Below are positions 47,755-58,983 of a DNA stretch of 64,000 bases, piece by piece. The DNA is from Candidatus Eiseniibacteriota bacterium (GTDB lineage: Bacteria > Eisenbacteria > RBG-16-71-46 > CAZEPH01), in NCBI GenBank assembly GCA_044229145.1, contig JBGATO010000006.1:23872-87871 (forward strand). Direction: 5' to 3'. The position numbers and the translations under genes are program-made. Position 1 is the first letter of the stretch, and each line of letters opens with the position of its first letter. The notes below the pieces were generated by a model. The model was not told the origin of the DNA and did no database searches. It worked only from the letters and a program-made list of their open reading frames with translations.

Positions 47755-48768
47755 CTAGACGCCGCTTCCGGTTTCGACAGTCTCCTCGACGGGGCGCCCG
47801 CCGCGGTACAGCTTCTTCACGTCCATCCCGAACTGGAGATCCATGCTGGTCAGGATGTCCGCGATTTCCTTCAGCGACTTGCGGCCGAAGTTGCGGTACT
47901 TGAGCATCTCGGCCTCGGTCTTCTGCACGAGGTCGCCAAGCGTGCGGATGTTCGCCGCCTTGAGGCAGTTGCTCGAACGCACCGACAGCTCGAGCTCGTC
48001 CACCGGGCGGTCGAGCATGGTGCGCAGGCGCTGCGACGACTCGTCCTCGACCTCCGGCTCGATTGCCGCGTCCTCGTCCTCGCCGTCGATGAACAGGGCG
48101 AAGTGGTCCTTGAGGATCTTGGCGGCGTGCGAGAGCGCGTCCTTCGGCACCAGCGATCCGTCAGTCCAGATCTGCAACGTCAGGCGGTCGTAGTCGATGC
48201 GCTGTCCGACACGCTCGCTCTCGACGTTGTAGTTCACCTTGGTCACCGGCGAGAACAGCGCGTCGAGCGAGATCTCGCCGATCGGCCGGTCCACACCCTG
48301 CGCGTCGGCCGACACGTAGCCGCGGCCGGTGCCGATCTCGACCTCGATGGTCACCTCGCCATCCTTGTTGACGGTGGCGATGTGCAGCTCGGGGTTCAGG
48401 ATCTCGACGTCCGGATCGGCCTGCAGGTCGCCGGCGGTGATGATGCCCTTGCCCTTCGACACGAAGGTGCCGCGCTTGATGCCATCGCTGTGCAGCTTGA
48501 AGCGGATCTGCTTCAGGTTGAGGATCAGTTCGGCGGTGTCCTCCAGCACGCCCGGGACGGTGCTGAACTCGTGCAGCGCACCGTTCATCTTGACCGCGGT
48601 GACCGCGGCGCCCGGCAGCGAGGACAGCAGGACGCGACGCAGCGCGTTCCCGAGCGTGAGACCGAAGCCTCGCTCGAGCGGCGCGATCACGAACCGGCCA
48701 TACCGATCGGTCAACGACTTCTCGTCGACCTCGATCCGCTTCGGAAGCAGCAACGACTTCCACTTCAT
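47755..48768 (-). CDS. rpoA: RNA polymerase alpha subunit
   Basis: [52 protein letters not shown] before ATG 48768. Confidence 0.98.
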   Translation of the reverse strand: MKWKSLLLPKRIEVDEKSLTDRYGRFVIAPLERGFGLTLGNALRRVLLSSLPGAAVTAVKMNGALHEFSTVPGVLEDTAELILNLKQIRFKLHSDGIKRGTFVSKGKGIITAGDLQADPDVEILNPELHIATVNKDGEVTIEVEIGTGRGYVSADAQGVDRPIGEISLDALFSPVTKVNYNVESERVGQRIDYDRLTLQIWTDGSLVPKDALSHAAKILKDHFALFIDGEDEDAAIEPEVEDESSQRLRTMLDRPVDELELSVRSSNCLKAANIRTLGDLVQKTEAEMLKYRNFGRKSLKEIADILTSMDLQFGMDVKKLYRGGRPVEETVETGSGV

Positions 48769-49148
48769 GATCCATCTCCTTTCGGATCGAGCCTCAGCAT
48801 TCTGGACCCACGCTGGGTCTCCCCCTGAAGGCTCGTTCAACTTCGATTCGTTTGCGAGGGGGGAGTGTGAGGGTGCTCTCCCCTTGCCACACCTTCGTGT
48901 GCTCTGCGGGGAGAGCACCTCACACTCCCCGCGCGACGCCTCAGAGTGGCGAGACAATCCCACCCGAAGACTCCCATCGTCGTGCCGGCGCATACGTCAC
49001 CGAACGGCGATGGGTCGTGCAACACGATGGTGCCGGACCGGCCGCCGTGGTGTCTGCGGCGGGCGGGCGGGCGGCTGTGCCGGAGCGCAGAGCCCGGCGA
49101 AGCACTGGGGCAAGCGGAGGCACTGCCGTCCGCCCGCCCGTCGCCCTC
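48769..49148 (-). ncRNA. Candidate structured RNA element in the rpsD-rpoA spacer (five hairpins)
   Basis: Long inverted repeats, e.g. 48860-48883/48908-48930 and 49056-49081/49119-49144; no known family recognised. Confidence 0.45.
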
Positions 49149-49778
49149 CTACTTCGAGTACAGTTCGACGATCATCTGCTCGGTGACCGGCTCTTGGATC
49201 TGGTCACGCGACGGCGCCATCAGCACGCGGCCGCTCATGCGGTCATCGCCCACTGAGAGCCAGTCCGGGATCGAACGCGACTTGCGGTTCTCGCTCGAGT
49301 CCTTCACCAGATCGAGGTTGCGGCTCTTCTCGCGCACCGCGATCACGTCGCCCGGCTTGACCTGGGCCGACGGAATGTTGACGACGCGGCCGTTCACCGT
49401 CACGTGGCTGTGGCGCACGAACTGGCGCGCCTGGCTGCGCGAGGCGCAGAAGCCAAGACGGAAGACGACGTTGTCGATGCGCATCTCGAGCAGGCGGAGC
49501 AGGTTCTCACCGGTCATGCCGCTCTTGCGGTCCGCCTTCTCGAAGTAGTTGCGGAACTGACGCTCGAGCACGCGGTAGATCCAGCGGGCCTTCTGCTTCT
49601 CACGCAGCTGCTTGCCGTAGCCGGTTTCCTTCATGCGGCGGTCCTGGCCGTGTTCACCCGGCGCGTACCCGCGACGCTCGAAGGCGCACTTCTCGGTGTA
49701 GCAGCGCTCTCCCTTCAGGAAGAGCTTGATTCCGGCACGCCGGCACTGACGGCAGCGAGGCCCGGTATACGTTGCCAT
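49149..49778 (-). CDS. rpsD: 30S ribosomal protein S4 (Cys-containing form)
   Basis: [34 protein letters not shown]. Confidence 0.98.
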   Translation of the reverse strand: MATYTGPRCRQCRRAGIKLFLKGERCYTEKCAFERRGYAPGEHGQDRRMKETGYGKQLREKQKARWIYRVLERQFRNYFEKADRKSGMTGENLLRLLEMRIDNVVFRLGFCASRSQARQFVRHSHVTVNGRVVNIPSAQVKPGDVIAVREKSRNLDLVKDSSENRKSRSIPDWLSVGDDRMSGRVLMAPSRDQIQEPVTEQMIVELYSK

Positions 49779-49796
49779 TCTCTCTGATCTCCTCGA

Positions 49797-50177
<381 letters not shown>

Positions 50178-50223
50178 TTGCTGGAATCCTCCTCACGCGC
50201 CGCACCAAACGGCGCGCGCCCGG

Positions 50224-50607
50224 TTACTTCTTGACGGCCTTCTTGCGCAGCGAGCCGGCCGTCTTCTTCGGGCCCTTCCGCGTGCGCGCGTTGGTCTTGG
50301 TCCGCTGCCCATGCACCGGCAGGCTGCGGCGGTGACGCAGACCACGGTAGCACCCAATGTCCATCAGGCGCTTGATGTTGATCGCGGTCTCGGACCGCAG
50401 CGCACCTTCGACCTTGAAGTCGTTCTCGATCACCGAGCGCAGCTTCGCGGTCTCTTCTTCGGTCAGGGCCTCGACCCGGCGGTCCGGGTTCACGCCGGTC
50501 GAGGCGATGATGCGCTTCGCCGACGTCGGGCCAATGCCGAAAATGTAGGTCAGCGCAGTCTCGATGCGCTTCTTCGAAGGGAGGTCGACCCCCGCAATAC
50601 GTGCCAT
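50224..50607 (-). CDS. rpsM: 30S ribosomal protein S13
   Basis: [28 protein letters not shown]. Confidence 0.98.
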   Translation of the reverse strand: MARIAGVDLPSKKRIETALTYIFGIGPTSAKRIIASTGVNPDRRVEALTEEETAKLRSVIENDFKVEGALRSETAINIKRLMDIGCYRGLRHRRSLPVHGQRTKTNARTRKGPKKTAGSLRKKAVKK

Positions 50608-50619
50608 CGTGTGTGTCCC

Positions 50620-50736
50620 TTATCCCTGCCGCTGCTTGTGCTTCGGGTTCTTCGCGCAGATCACGCGCAGCACGCCCTCGCGACGCACGATCTTGCAGTG
50701 CTCGCAGATTTTCTTGACCGATGCTCGGACCTTCAT
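50620..50736 (-). CDS. rpmJ: 50S ribosomal protein L36 (zinc-ribbon form)
   Basis: Below the ORF-track cutoff; read manually as [38 protein letters not shown]. Confidence 0.97.
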   Translation of the reverse strand: MKVRASVKKICEHCKIVRREGVLRVICAKNPKHKQRQG

Positions 50737-50802
50737 GCCGTCCCTTCCGTTCGCTTCCGTCTCGCGCTCACCGCGAAGCGGCGCGCCGTCGAGAGAACTG
50801 CC

Positions 50803-51021
50803 CTACTTGTACCGATACACGATGCGGCCGCGCGTCAGGTCGTACGGCGAGAGTTCGACCGTGACCTTGTCGCCCGGCAGAATCTTGATGAAGTTCATGC
50901 GCATCTTGCCGGAGATGTGCGCCAGGATGCGGTGTCCGTTCTCCAGCTCGACCCGGAACATGGCGTTCGGCAACGGTTCGACGACCGTGCCTTCCACCTG
51001 TACTGCGTCTTCCTTCGCCAT
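50803..51021 (-). CDS. infA: Translation initiation factor IF-1
   Basis: [33 protein letters not shown]. Confidence 0.98.
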   Translation of the reverse strand: MAKEDAVQVEGTVVEPLPNAMFRVELENGHRILAHISGKMRMNFIKILPGDKVTVELSPYDLTRGRIVYRYK

Positions 51022-51090
51022 ACTCCTCCGCGGACGCCGTGCGTCCGCTCGCAGGTCCCCGCGTCTTGCGACGCGTTGCGCGCACCGCGC

Positions 51091-51873
51091 TTAGGCGCGC
51101 GCCGCTTCCTCGGCCAGCGATAGCACCACTGGCCCGTCGGCCGTGATGGCGACGGTGTGCTCGAAGTGCGCCGAGCGCTTTCCGTCGTTCGTCACCACCG
51201 TCCAGCCGTCGTCGAGCGTGGCGACATCCCACGTCCCGGCGGTCACCATCGGCTCGATGGCGAGTACCATGCCGGCCACCAGCTTCGGCCCGGTTCCCGG
51301 CCGCCCGTAGTTGGGCACTGCCGGTTCTTCGTGCATCTCGCGGCCGATGCCGTGTCCCACCAGCGCGCGCACCACGCCGAAACCGTGCGCTTCGCAGTGC
51401 GACTGCACGGCGTGCGAGATGTCGCCGATCCGATTGCCCGGCACGCATTGCGCGATCGCCTTGTCGAGCGATTCGCGGGTCACCCGCATCAGCCGCTCCG
51501 ACTCCGCATCCACGTGTCCGACCGCGACGCTGATCGCCGAGTCGCCGACGTAGCCGTTCAGCGTGGCACCGCAGTCGATGCCGACGATGTCCCCCTCGCG
51601 CAGCACGCGCGGTCCGGGGATCCCGTGGACGACTTCCTCGTTGACCGAGGTACACAGCGAGTGGCGGTAACCGCGGTACCCGACGAAGGTCGGGATCGCG
51701 CCCTGGCCGCGAATGTACTTCTCCGCCGCCTGGTCCAGCTCGCCGGTCGTGACGCCGGGTTTCACCATCTCCCGCAGCAACACGAGAGTGCGCGCCACCA
51801 CCTGGGCGGCGCGACGAATCTTCTCGACTTCGTCCGCGGTGCGAATGTGAATGATGCGACGGCCCGATGCCAC
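51091..51873 (-). CDS. map: Methionine aminopeptidase type I
   Basis: [36 protein letters not shown]. Confidence 0.97.
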   Translation of the reverse strand: MASGRRIIHIRTADEVEKIRRAAQVVARTLVLLREMVKPGVTTGELDQAAEKYIRGQGAIPTFVGYRGYRHSLCTSVNEEVVHGIPGPRVLREGDIVGIDCGATLNGYVGDSAISVAVGHVDAESERLMRVTRESLDKAIAQCVPGNRIGDISHAVQSHCEAHGFGVVRALVGHGIGREMHEEPAVPNYGRPGTGPKLVAGMVLAIEPMVTAGTWDVATLDDGWTVVTNDGKRSAHFEHTVAITADGPVVLSLAEEAARA

Positions 51874-51883
51874 GTGCGGCCGC

Positions 51884-52534
51884 CTACGCCTGATCGCCGC
51901 GCACCAGGCGCAGCAAATCGTCGAACACCACGTCGACCGGCCGATCGCCGTCCACGCGTGTCAGCTTCCCGTGAGCCGCATAATACCCGAGAAGGGGCGC
52001 GGTCTGCTCGTCATAGACGTTCAACCGCTTGCGCACCGTCTCCTCCCGGTCGTCGTCACGCTGAATCAGCGCGCCGCCACAGTTGCCGCACGGACCGGAA
52101 GCCGGTGAACCGTCGGGTTGCGGATTGGCGTCTGCCCGGCACGCCGAACACACACGGCGCGCCGATAGGCGCCTCACCACCTTTTCGTGGGCCACGTCCA
52201 GCGCGATCGCATGCCGCAGATTCAGCTGGTAGCCGTCGAGCAGCCGATCCAGCCCTTCCGCCTGCGCGATGGTGCGCGGGAAGCCGTCCAAGATGAAGCC
52301 ATCGCTGGTGCGTGCATCGAGCACCTCGCGGATCAGCCCCATGATCACGTCGTCCGGTACCAGCTTGCCCTGGTTCATGTAGCCCTGGGCGAGCTGGCCG
52401 AGTGCCGTGTTGTTCCTCACTGCCTGCCGTAGCAGGTCGCCGGTCGAGATCGTCGGGATCCCGAGCGCCGCGGCGAGCCGTGCGCCCTGCGTCCCTTTCC
52501 CCGATCCCGGGGCACCGAGGAGTATGAGTCGCAC
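51884..52534 (-). CDS. adk: Adenylate kinase (zinc-lid type)
   Basis: [17 protein letters not shown], CxxC-x16-CxxC lid, QRDDD. Confidence 0.97.
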   Translation of the reverse strand: MRLILLGAPGSGKGTQGARLAAALGIPTISTGDLLRQAVRNNTALGQLAQGYMNQGKLVPDDVIMGLIREVLDARTSDGFILDGFPRTIAQAEGLDRLLDGYQLNLRHAIALDVAHEKVVRRLSARRVCSACRADANPQPDGSPASGPCGNCGGALIQRDDDREETVRKRLNVYDEQTAPLLGYYAAHGKLTRVDGDRPVDVVFDDLLRLVRGDQA

Positions 52535-52559
52535 GAGAGCGCCCTTTCCGCGCCGGCGG

Positions 52560-53876
52560 TTACGCCGTGCGGCGGCCCCGCATCTTGCCGCGCTTCATGA
52601 AGCCTTCGTAGTGCCGCATCAGCAAGTGCGATTCGATCTGCTGCAGCGTGTCGAGGGCCACACCGACAACGATCAAGAGCGACGTGCCGCCGAAATAGAA
52701 CGGCATGTTCAGTTTGTAGATCATGACGTCCGGCAGCACCGCGATGAGCGCCAGGAAGATCGCACCCGGCAGCGTGATGCGCGTCAGCACACGGTCCACG
52801 TACTCGGCGGTCTTCTTGCCCGGACGCACGCCCGGGATGAAGCCGCCGTACTTCTTCATGTTGTCCGCGAGGTCCACCGGGTTCAGCACGACGGCCGTGT
52901 AGAAGTACGTGAAGAACACGATGCCGAGGCCGTACAGAATCAGGTACACCGGGTGCGGCGGCGAGAAGATCGTCTTGATGCTCAGCGCGATCGGGTTGTC
53001 CTTGGCGAACAAGGCCACGGTGCCCGGGATGAGCAGGATCGACTGCGCGAAGATGATCGGGATCACGCCGGCGGTGTTGACGCGCAGCGGGATGTGCGTG
53101 CTCTGCCCGCCGTACATCTTGCGGCCGACGATGCGTTTGGCGTATTGCACGGGTATCTTGCGCGTCGCCTGCGTCATCGCGACCACCACAGCGATCACCA
53201 CGATCATCACGGCGCCGAGCGGAATCAACGTGAACGGGCTCGCGGTGCCGGCGATTGCCGCACGGATGGTGTTGATGACGTCGTTCGGGAAGCGCGCCAC
53301 GATCCCGATGAAGATGATCAGCGAGATCCCGTTGCCGATACCGCGCTCGGTGATCTGCTCGCCGAGCCACATGATGAACGTGGTGCCCGCGGTCAGCGTC
53401 ATCATGCAGAGCAGCACCCACGGAATCCCCGGGTGCGGCACCACCGCACGGCCCGACGCGTTCATGTTCTGCAGGAACGTCGCGACACCGACGGCCTGGA
53501 ACATGCACAGCGGCACCGTCGCGTAGCGCGTGTACTGCGTGATCTTGCGGCGGCCTTCTTCGCCTTCCTTCTGGAGCTTCTCGAAGTACGGAATCACCGC
53601 ACCGAGGAGCTGGAAGACGATGGAGGCCGAGATGTACGGCATGATCCCCAGCGCGAAGATCGTCGCCTTGCTGAGCGATCCTCCCACGAACACGTCGTAG
53701 AGGCCGACCAGCGTCCCCTTGGCGTTGTTCTCCATGAACGCGGCGAGCGCGCTGGGGTCGACGCCCGGCAGCAGGATGTGCCCGCCGAGGCGGTACACGA
53801 TCAGCAAGCCGAGCGTGAAGAGAATGCGCCGGCGCAGTTCCGGAATCCGGAACATGCTTTGAAGGCGTTCAATCAT
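52560..53876 (-). CDS. secY: Preprotein translocase SecY
   Basis: FALGIMPYISASI, WLGEQITERGIGNGISL, GVIPIIFA, IPGVRPG, GGTSLLI. Confidence 0.98.
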   Translation of the reverse strand: MIERLQSMFRIPELRRRILFTLGLLIVYRLGGHILLPGVDPSALAAFMENNAKGTLVGLYDVFVGGSLSKATIFALGIMPYISASIVFQLLGAVIPYFEKLQKEGEEGRRKITQYTRYATVPLCMFQAVGVATFLQNMNASGRAVVPHPGIPWVLLCMMTLTAGTTFIMWLGEQITERGIGNGISLIIFIGIVARFPNDVINTIRAAIAGTASPFTLIPLGAVMIVVIAVVVAMTQATRKIPVQYAKRIVGRKMYGGQSTHIPLRVNTAGVIPIIFAQSILLIPGTVALFAKDNPIALSIKTIFSPPHPVYLILYGLGIVFFTYFYTAVVLNPVDLADNMKKYGGFIPGVRPGKKTAEYVDRVLTRITLPGAIFLALIAVLPDVMIYKLNMPFYFGGTSLLIVVGVALDTLQQIESHLLMRHYEGFMKRGKMRGRRTA

Positions 53877-53881
53877 CGTCT

Positions 53882-54337
53882 TTAGCCCAGGATCTCGACG
53901 GTTCCGCCCGCCGCCGCCACCTTCTCACGTGCGGCCGCCGAAGCGGCGTGCACCTTGATGGTGTAGGCGCGGCTGAGTGCTTCCTCACCTCCGGCGAGGA
54001 GCTTGACCGGCACGTCCGCCGAGCGCACCAAACGCTTCTCCGCGAGCGCTGCCGCATCGATCACCGCGCCCGTCTCGAAGTACTTCTCGAGCCGGCCGAG
54101 GTTGACGATCTGCTGCGCCGAGGCGTGCACGTTGGTGAACCCGCGCTTCGGGAGCCGGCGCTGGAGCGGCATCTGCCCGCCTTCGTGCCAGCGGGAGATC
54201 TTCTGCCCACCGGAACGCGCCTGGTGTCCCTTGTGGCCCTTCCCCGCGGTGCCACCGGTGCCGGTCGCCCGGCCTTTGCCGAGGCGCTTCTTGGCGTGCG
54301 TGGCGCCCTTCGCGGGGCGGATGTCGGCTAGCTTCAT
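53882..54337 (-). CDS. rplO: 50S ribosomal protein L15
   Basis: GHKG..AR, EGGQMPL.RRLPKRGF. Confidence 0.97.
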   Translation of the reverse strand: MKLADIRPAKGATHAKKRLGKGRATGTGGTAGKGHKGHQARSGGQKISRWHEGGQMPLQRRLPKRGFTNVHASAQQIVNLGRLEKYFETGAVIDAAALAEKRLVRSADVPVKLLAGGEEALSRAYTIKVHAASAAAREKVAAAGGTVEILG

Positions 54338-54390
54338 TGACTCGTGTCCTCTTCCTACAGGAGCTGGCGCGTCGCGATGTCGCGAGCGCG

Positions 54391-54576
54391 CTAGCCGATC
54401 TCCTCGACGTGCAACAAGTGACCGACCTTCTTCACCATGCCGCGAATCGCCGGGGTGTCGTCATGTTCGATCGTCTGCTGCAGGTGCTTGAAGCCGAGAG
54501 CCTTGATGGTCAAGCCCTGCGACTTCTCGCGCTTGATGGCGCTGTGCACCTGCGTGATGCGAAGACGCTTAGCCAT
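54391..54576 (-). CDS. rpmD: 50S ribosomal protein L30
   Basis: [18 protein letters not shown]. Confidence 0.95.
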   Translation of the reverse strand: MAKRLRITQVHSAIKREKSQGLTIKALGFKHLQQTIEHDDTPAIRGMVKKVGHLLHVEEIG

Positions 54577-55225
54577 CCGCCCTCCGAGCCGGCCCGAGGA
54601 GTTCCTCCACCGTCATGCCGCGACGGCGGGCCACTTCCTCGGCACGGCGCATCGACTTCAGACCGTACACGGTCGCCTTGACCAGGTTGTGCGGGTTGGT
54701 CGAGCCGAGCGCCTTGGTGAGGATGTCACGCACCCCGGCAGCCTCGAGCACGGCACGCACGCCGCCGCCCGCGATCACACCGGTACCGGCCGACGCCGGA
54801 CGCAACAGCACGCGGCTGGCGCCGAACTCGCCGATGACCTGATGCGGGACCGTGCCCTTGACGATCGCGACCTGGAACATCCCCTTGCGGGCCGCCTCGC
54901 CGGCCTTGCGAATCGCATCCGCGACTTCGTTGGCCTTGCCGAGACCGACACCGACCTTACCCTGGCCGTCACCCATCGCAACGATGGCGTTGAAGTGGAA
55001 ACGGCGTCCACCCTTGACCACCTTCGCGACGCGGTTCACCTGGATGACGCGCTCGATCATTTCCGAGCCGCCGTCCTTCGGCGCACCATCGCGCGACGGA
55101 CCGCCGCGGCGATCGCCGCGCTTGCCGCCCTGACCGCCACGGCGGTCACCACGGCCCCCTGCACCTCCGGGACGGTCGCCGCCGGCGCCTCCCGGGCCTC
55201 CTCCGGTTCGACGTGGGGCTAGAAT
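54569..55225 (-). CDS. rpsE: 30S ribosomal protein S5; conserved core from ATG 55060, probable Gly/Arg-rich N-extension from a non-canonical start near 55225
   Basis: [18 protein letters not shown]; frame open without stops up to ATT 55225, which sits 6 nt after AAGGAGG. Confidence 0.9.
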   Translation of the reverse strand: MLAPRRTGGGPGGAGGDRPGGAGGRGDRRGGQGGKRGDRRGGPSRDGAPKDGGSEMIERVIQVNRVAKVVKGGRRFHFNAIVAMGDGQGKVGVGLGKANEVADAIRKAGEAARKGMFQVAIVKGTVPHQVIGEFGASRVLLRPASAGTGVIAGGGVRAVLEAAGVRDILTKALGSTNPHNLVKATVYGLKSMRRAEEVARRRGMTVEELLGPARRADG

Positions 55226-55587
55226 CGCAAGCCTCCTTCCCGCGCACCGTCGGCCAGAGCCTTGATGCGACCATGGTACAGGAATCCACCGCGGTCGAAG
55301 CAGACCTCGGCCACACCCTTCGACTGGGCACGCTCCGCGAGGAGCATCCCCACCGCCCAGGCCATGCCGGTCTTGCCGGCCTTGTCGCCACGCTTGGCGG
55401 CGGCGTCCTTCTCCTGGCTCGAGGCGGAAAGCAGCGTGGTCCCGGTCTCGTCGTCGACGACCTGGGCGTAAATGTGCTTGTCGCTGCGGAACACGCTCAC
55501 GCGCGGACGCACGGCAGTTCCACTCATCTTCTTACGGATCCGGCGGTGCCGCTTGAGCCGGCCCGCGTGCCTCTTGGCGATGTTCAT
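55219..55587 (-). CDS. rplR: 50S ribosomal protein L18
   Basis: RPR.SVFRS.KHIYAQ, FDRGG..YHGR, AREGGL.F. Confidence 0.97.
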   Translation of the reverse strand: MNIAKRHAGRLKRHRRIRKKMSGTAVRPRVSVFRSDKHIYAQVVDDETGTTLLSASSQEKDAAAKRGDKAGKTGMAWAVGMLLAERAQSKGVAEVCFDRGGFLYHGRIKALADGAREGGLRF

Positions 55588-55601
55588 CTCACGCTCCCAG
55601 C

Positions 55602-56132
55602 CTAGCTACCCGCGGACTTGCCCGCCTTACGACGGACCTGCTCGCCTTCGTACCGAATGCCCTTGCCCTTGTAGGGCTCCGGCTTGCGGTAGGCGCGGAT
55701 GTTCGCCGCGACCTGTCCAACGAGCTGCTTGTCGATCCCGCGCACCGTGATGCGCGTCGGGTTTTCCGACGTGATGGTGATACCGGTCGGCGGCGTCACG
55801 GTGATCGGGTGCGAGTAGCCGAGTTGCAACTCGAGCTTGCCGCCGTTCACCGCCGCACGGTACCCCATGCCGACGATATCGAGGTTGCGCACGAACTCTT
55901 CGGTGACGCCCTTCACCATGTTGGCGATGAGCGCACGGGTCATGCCGTGCATCGCGTGGTCCTCGCTCTCGAGGACCACGGTGGCGACGCCATCCGCGAC
56001 GTCCAGCTTCACACCGTCGTTCATCCGGTGCGTGAGCTTCCCCTTCGGCCCCTCGACGGTGACCACGCCATCGGTCTGGTTGATCTTGACCGAGGACGGC
56101 AGAGGAATCGCTTTCTTGCCTACGCGTGACAT
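55602..56132 (-). CDS. rplF: 50S ribosomal protein L6
   Basis: [27 protein letters not shown]. Confidence 0.98.
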   Translation of the reverse strand: MSRVGKKAIPLPSSVKINQTDGVVTVEGPKGKLTHRMNDGVKLDVADGVATVVLESEDHAMHGMTRALIANMVKGVTEEFVRNLDIVGMGYRAAVNGGKLELQLGYSHPITVTPPTGITITSENPTRITVRGIDKQLVGQVAANIRAYRKPEPYKGKGIRYEGEQVRRKAGKSAGS

Positions 56133-56254
56133 GTGTCTCGTTCTCTCCTGTCCGCCCGACTGGCCGTGAAGGTCAGACTAGCGGTCCTGCTCGATGCGCC
56201 GGGCTCAGCATCTCCGCGAGATGCGGTCCCCAGCACGCTCACGACAACGCGAGG

Positions 56255-56653
56255 CTACCAGACGTAGCAGAGCACCTCGCCGCCGACTCCCAGTGCCCGC
56301 GATTCCTTGTCCGTCACCACGCCACGCGAGGTCGACAGAACCGCGGTGCCCAGCCCGCCCAGCACGCGCGGAAGTTTGTCCTTCGGCACGTACACACGGC
56401 GGCCCGGCGTCGAGACGCGACGGAGGCCGCCGATGACCGGCGTCTCCTTCTCGTCGTACTTCAAGTAAATGCGGATCCTGCGCATCGCGCCGTCCTCGAC
56501 CACCTTGAAGTTGGAGATGTACTTCTCACGAAGCAGCACCTTCGCCAACTCCATCTTGATGTTCGAGTAGGGCACGTCCGTCCGGCGGTGCCGCGCCTGG
56601 CACGCGTTCCGGATGCAGGTCAGCATGTCTGCAATAGGATCAGTGACCGACAT
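56255..56653 (-). CDS. rpsH: 30S ribosomal protein S8
   Basis: DPIADMLT.IRN, S.PGRRVY, STS.G, GGE. Confidence 0.98.
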   Translation of the reverse strand: MSVTDPIADMLTCIRNACQARHRRTDVPYSNIKMELAKVLLREKYISNFKVVEDGAMRRIRIYLKYDEKETPVIGGLRRVSTPGRRVYVPKDKLPRVLGGLGTAVLSTSRGVVTDKESRALGVGGEVLCYVW

Positions 56654-56668
56654 GATTCTCCTTCCCCG

Positions 56669-56854
56669 CTACCAGCTCGCCTTGGTCACGCCCGGGATCT
56701 GGCCCCACAACGCAAGTTCGCGGAAGCAGATGCGGCAGAGGCCGAAGTCGCGCAAATACGCACGCGGCCGTCCGCAGCGGTGACAGCGATTGTAGCGGCG
56801 CACCTGGAACTTGGGCGCCCTCTTCCACTTCTCAATCAGCGACTTCTTCGCCAT
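56669..56854 (-). CDS. rpsN: 30S ribosomal protein S14 (type Z, zinc form)
   Basis: [24 protein letters not shown]. Confidence 0.97.
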   Translation of the reverse strand: MAKKSLIEKWKRAPKFQVRRYNRCHRCGRPRAYLRDFGLCRICFRELALWGQIPGVTKASW

Positions 56855-56878
56855 CGACTATCCCCTGCTCTCGCGCGG

Positions 56879-57562
56879 TTACTTCCGGAACGGCATCGCC
56901 ATGAACTTCAAGAGTTCGAGCGATTCCTCGTCGGTCCGGGCCGTGGTCACGATGGTGATGTCCATCCCGCGGATCTTCTCGACCTTGTCGTAGTCGATCT
57001 CCGGGAAGATGATCTGCTCGGTCAGACCCAGCGTGTAGTTGCCGCGACCGTCGAACGACTTCGACGGCACGCCCTTGAAGTCACGAATACGCGGGAGCGC
57101 GACCGACACCAAACGGTCGTAGAACTCCCACATCCGCGCTCCGCGCAGGGTGACCTTGGCGCCGACCGGCACGCCTTCGCGAAGCTTGAAATTCGCGATC
57201 GACTTGCGCGCCCGGCGGATCGACGGCTTCTGGCCGGTGATCGTCTGCAGATCGGTGGCGGCGGCTTCGAGGAAGCGAATGTTCTGCGTCGCCTCGCCGA
57301 CCCCCATGTTCACCACGATCTTCTCGAACCGCGGCACCTGCATGCGGTTCTTGTAGCCGAAGTGCTCCATCATCTTGGTGATCACTTCGTCGTGGTACTT
57401 CAACTTCATCCGCGGCGGAACCGGAGTTCCGAGGTCCACGGAGGTGTCGCCGGCGTTCTTCGGCAGTGCCGGTTCGCCCGCGCGCTTGGAGAGCTTGGCT
57501 GGTGCGCCGCCGGCCTTGCCGCCGCCGCCACCGCCGCCCTTCTTCGGTGCTTCCTTTGCCAT
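56879..57562 (-). CDS. rplE: 50S ribosomal protein L5 with Gly/Lys-rich N-extension
   Basis: [39 protein letters not shown] before ATG 57562. Confidence 0.97.
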   Translation of the reverse strand: MAKEAPKKGGGGGGGKAGGAPAKLSKRAGEPALPKNAGDTSVDLGTPVPPRMKLKYHDEVITKMMEHFGYKNRMQVPRFEKIVVNMGVGEATQNIRFLEAAATDLQTITGQKPSIRRARKSIANFKLREGVPVGAKVTLRGARMWEFYDRLVSVALPRIRDFKGVPSKSFDGRGNYTLGLTEQIIFPEIDYDKVEKIRGMDITIVTTARTDEESLELLKFMAMPFRK

Positions 57563-57659
57563 CAGTACTCCTTCGTTCCCGACGTCTCCGCCGTCGCCAT
57601 CTCCGCGTCACTCGCCGGAGCCGCGGCGACGACCGTCCGCGGTGTTCGGGTGCAGCGTC

Positions 57660-57992
57660 CTAGGTCGTGGCGATCGAGCGCGGGATCGGCTTGCCGCAGG
57701 CCTTGCAGACCCGCTCCTTCTGGCCGTCCCCGGCGACGCGGAAACCCACACGCACGCCGCGCTTGCAGTGCTCGCACACCGGCAACACGTTCGACAGGTG
57801 CATGGGCGCTTCGCGCTCGATGATCCCGCCCTTGGTGTTGGTCTGGTTCGGCTTGGTGTGCCGCTTGATCATGTTCACGTGCTCGACGAGGACGCGGTTC
57901 TTGGCCGGAATCACTTCCAGTACCTTGCCGGTCTTGCCCTTGTCGTCGCCCGCGATGACTTCGACGGTGTCGTTCTTCAAGACGTGTCGCAT
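57660..57992 (-). CDS. rplX: 50S ribosomal protein L24
   Basis: D.V.VIAG.DKGKTG, EAP.H.SNV. Confidence 0.97.
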   Translation of the reverse strand: MRHVLKNDTVEVIAGDDKGKTGKVLEVIPAKNRVLVEHVNMIKRHTKPNQTNTKGGIIEREAPMHLSNVLPVCEHCKRGVRVGFRVAGDGQKERVCKACGKPIPRSIATT

Positions 57993-57994
57993 GG

Positions 57995-58363
57995 CTAGAT
58001 CACCTCCGGCGCCAACGACACGATCTTCATGAACTGGCGCTCGCGCAGCTCGCGCGCCACCGGGCCGAAGATACGCGTGCCCTTGGGTTCCTTTTCGTCG
58101 TTGATGATCACCGCCGCGTTCTGGTCGAAGCGAATGTACGAACCGTCCGCACGCTTGTGCGTCTTCACGGTCCGCACGATCACCGCCTTGGCGACGTCAC
58201 CCTTCTTCACCGTGCCGCCGGGCAGCGCGTCCTTGATGGACACCACGATGATGTCCCCGAGGCGGCCGTAGCGCCGGCGCGAGCCACCCAGGACCTTGAT
58301 ACACTGGGCGACGCGCGCCCCGGTGTTGTCCGAGATGGTCAGCATTGTCCGCAACTGAATCAT
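57995..58363 (-). CDS. rplN: 50S ribosomal protein L14
   Basis: [31 protein letters not shown]. Confidence 0.98.
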   Translation of the reverse strand: MIQLRTMLTISDNTGARVAQCIKVLGGSRRRYGRLGDIIVVSIKDALPGGTVKKGDVAKAVIVRTVKTHKRADGSYIRFDQNAAVIINDEKEPKGTRIFGPVARELRERQFMKIVSLAPEVI

Positions 58364-58381
58364 GATTTCTCCTGCGCAGCG

Positions 58382-58666
58382 CTACTTGGCGCGCTCGACG
58401 AACTCGACAAACCGCCAGCGCTTCTCCTTCGAGAGCGGCCGCGTTTCCATGAACCGGATGGTGTCACCCACGCGGCATTCGTTGTTCTCGTCGTGCACCT
58501 TGAACTTGCGCGTCTGGCGCACGTAGCGGCCATATGTGGCGTGCTTGATGAGACGGTCGATCGCAACCACGACCGTCTTCGTCATCTTGTCGCTCACCAC
58601 GCGACCGACGCGAACCTTGCGCTTGCCGCGCTCGGGAGCGCTGGTGCTGTTCGCGGTGTCTGCCAT
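58382..58666 (-). CDS. rpsQ: 30S ribosomal protein S17
   Basis: G.VVSDKM.KT, HDE.N...GD, ETRPLSK.KRW. Confidence 0.98.
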   Translation of the reverse strand: MADTANSTSAPERGKRKVRVGRVVSDKMTKTVVVAIDRLIKHATYGRYVRQTRKFKVHDENNECRVGDTIRFMETRPLSKEKRWRFVEFVERAK

Positions 58667-58751
58667 CTGACGATCCTCTCCTGCTCTCGTTCGTGAAGGC
58701 GCTCACGCGGCGGCTGTCGCGCGCCGAGCACCGTCTGGTGACGCTTGTGAC

Positions 58752-58979
58752 CTAGGCGCTGGGGCCGGCGAGCGTCCGCGTGCCGGCTTCGTGCTCGCGC
58801 AGCAGCGTCTCGAGACGCGCGATGGCGCGGCGCACGGCGCGGATGCGCAGCGGGTTGTCCAGCTGCCGCATGGCGTTGCGGAAGCGCAGGTTGAACGCTT
58901 CCTCGCGGAGGTCGGCCAGCTTGGCGCGCGCCTCGTCCGCGGTCATTTGCCGAATGGCTTGAGACTTGAGTTCCTGCAT
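58752..58979 (-). CDS. rpmC: 50S ribosomal protein L29
   Basis: FNLRF, QL.NP, RR.IAR..T. Confidence 0.95.
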   Translation of the reverse strand: MQELKSQAIRQMTADEARAKLADLREEAFNLRFRNAMRQLDNPLRIRAVRRAIARLETLLREHEAGTRTLAGPSA

Positions 58980-58983
58980 CGCC

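Noticed and set aside
48769..49148. RNase P, SRP, tmRNA or a small CDS in the rpsD-rpoA spacer
   Set aside because: No GAGGAAAGTCC, no SRP GGAA-loop motif and no tRNA-like ends; the ORFs there lack an RBS or protein-like composition
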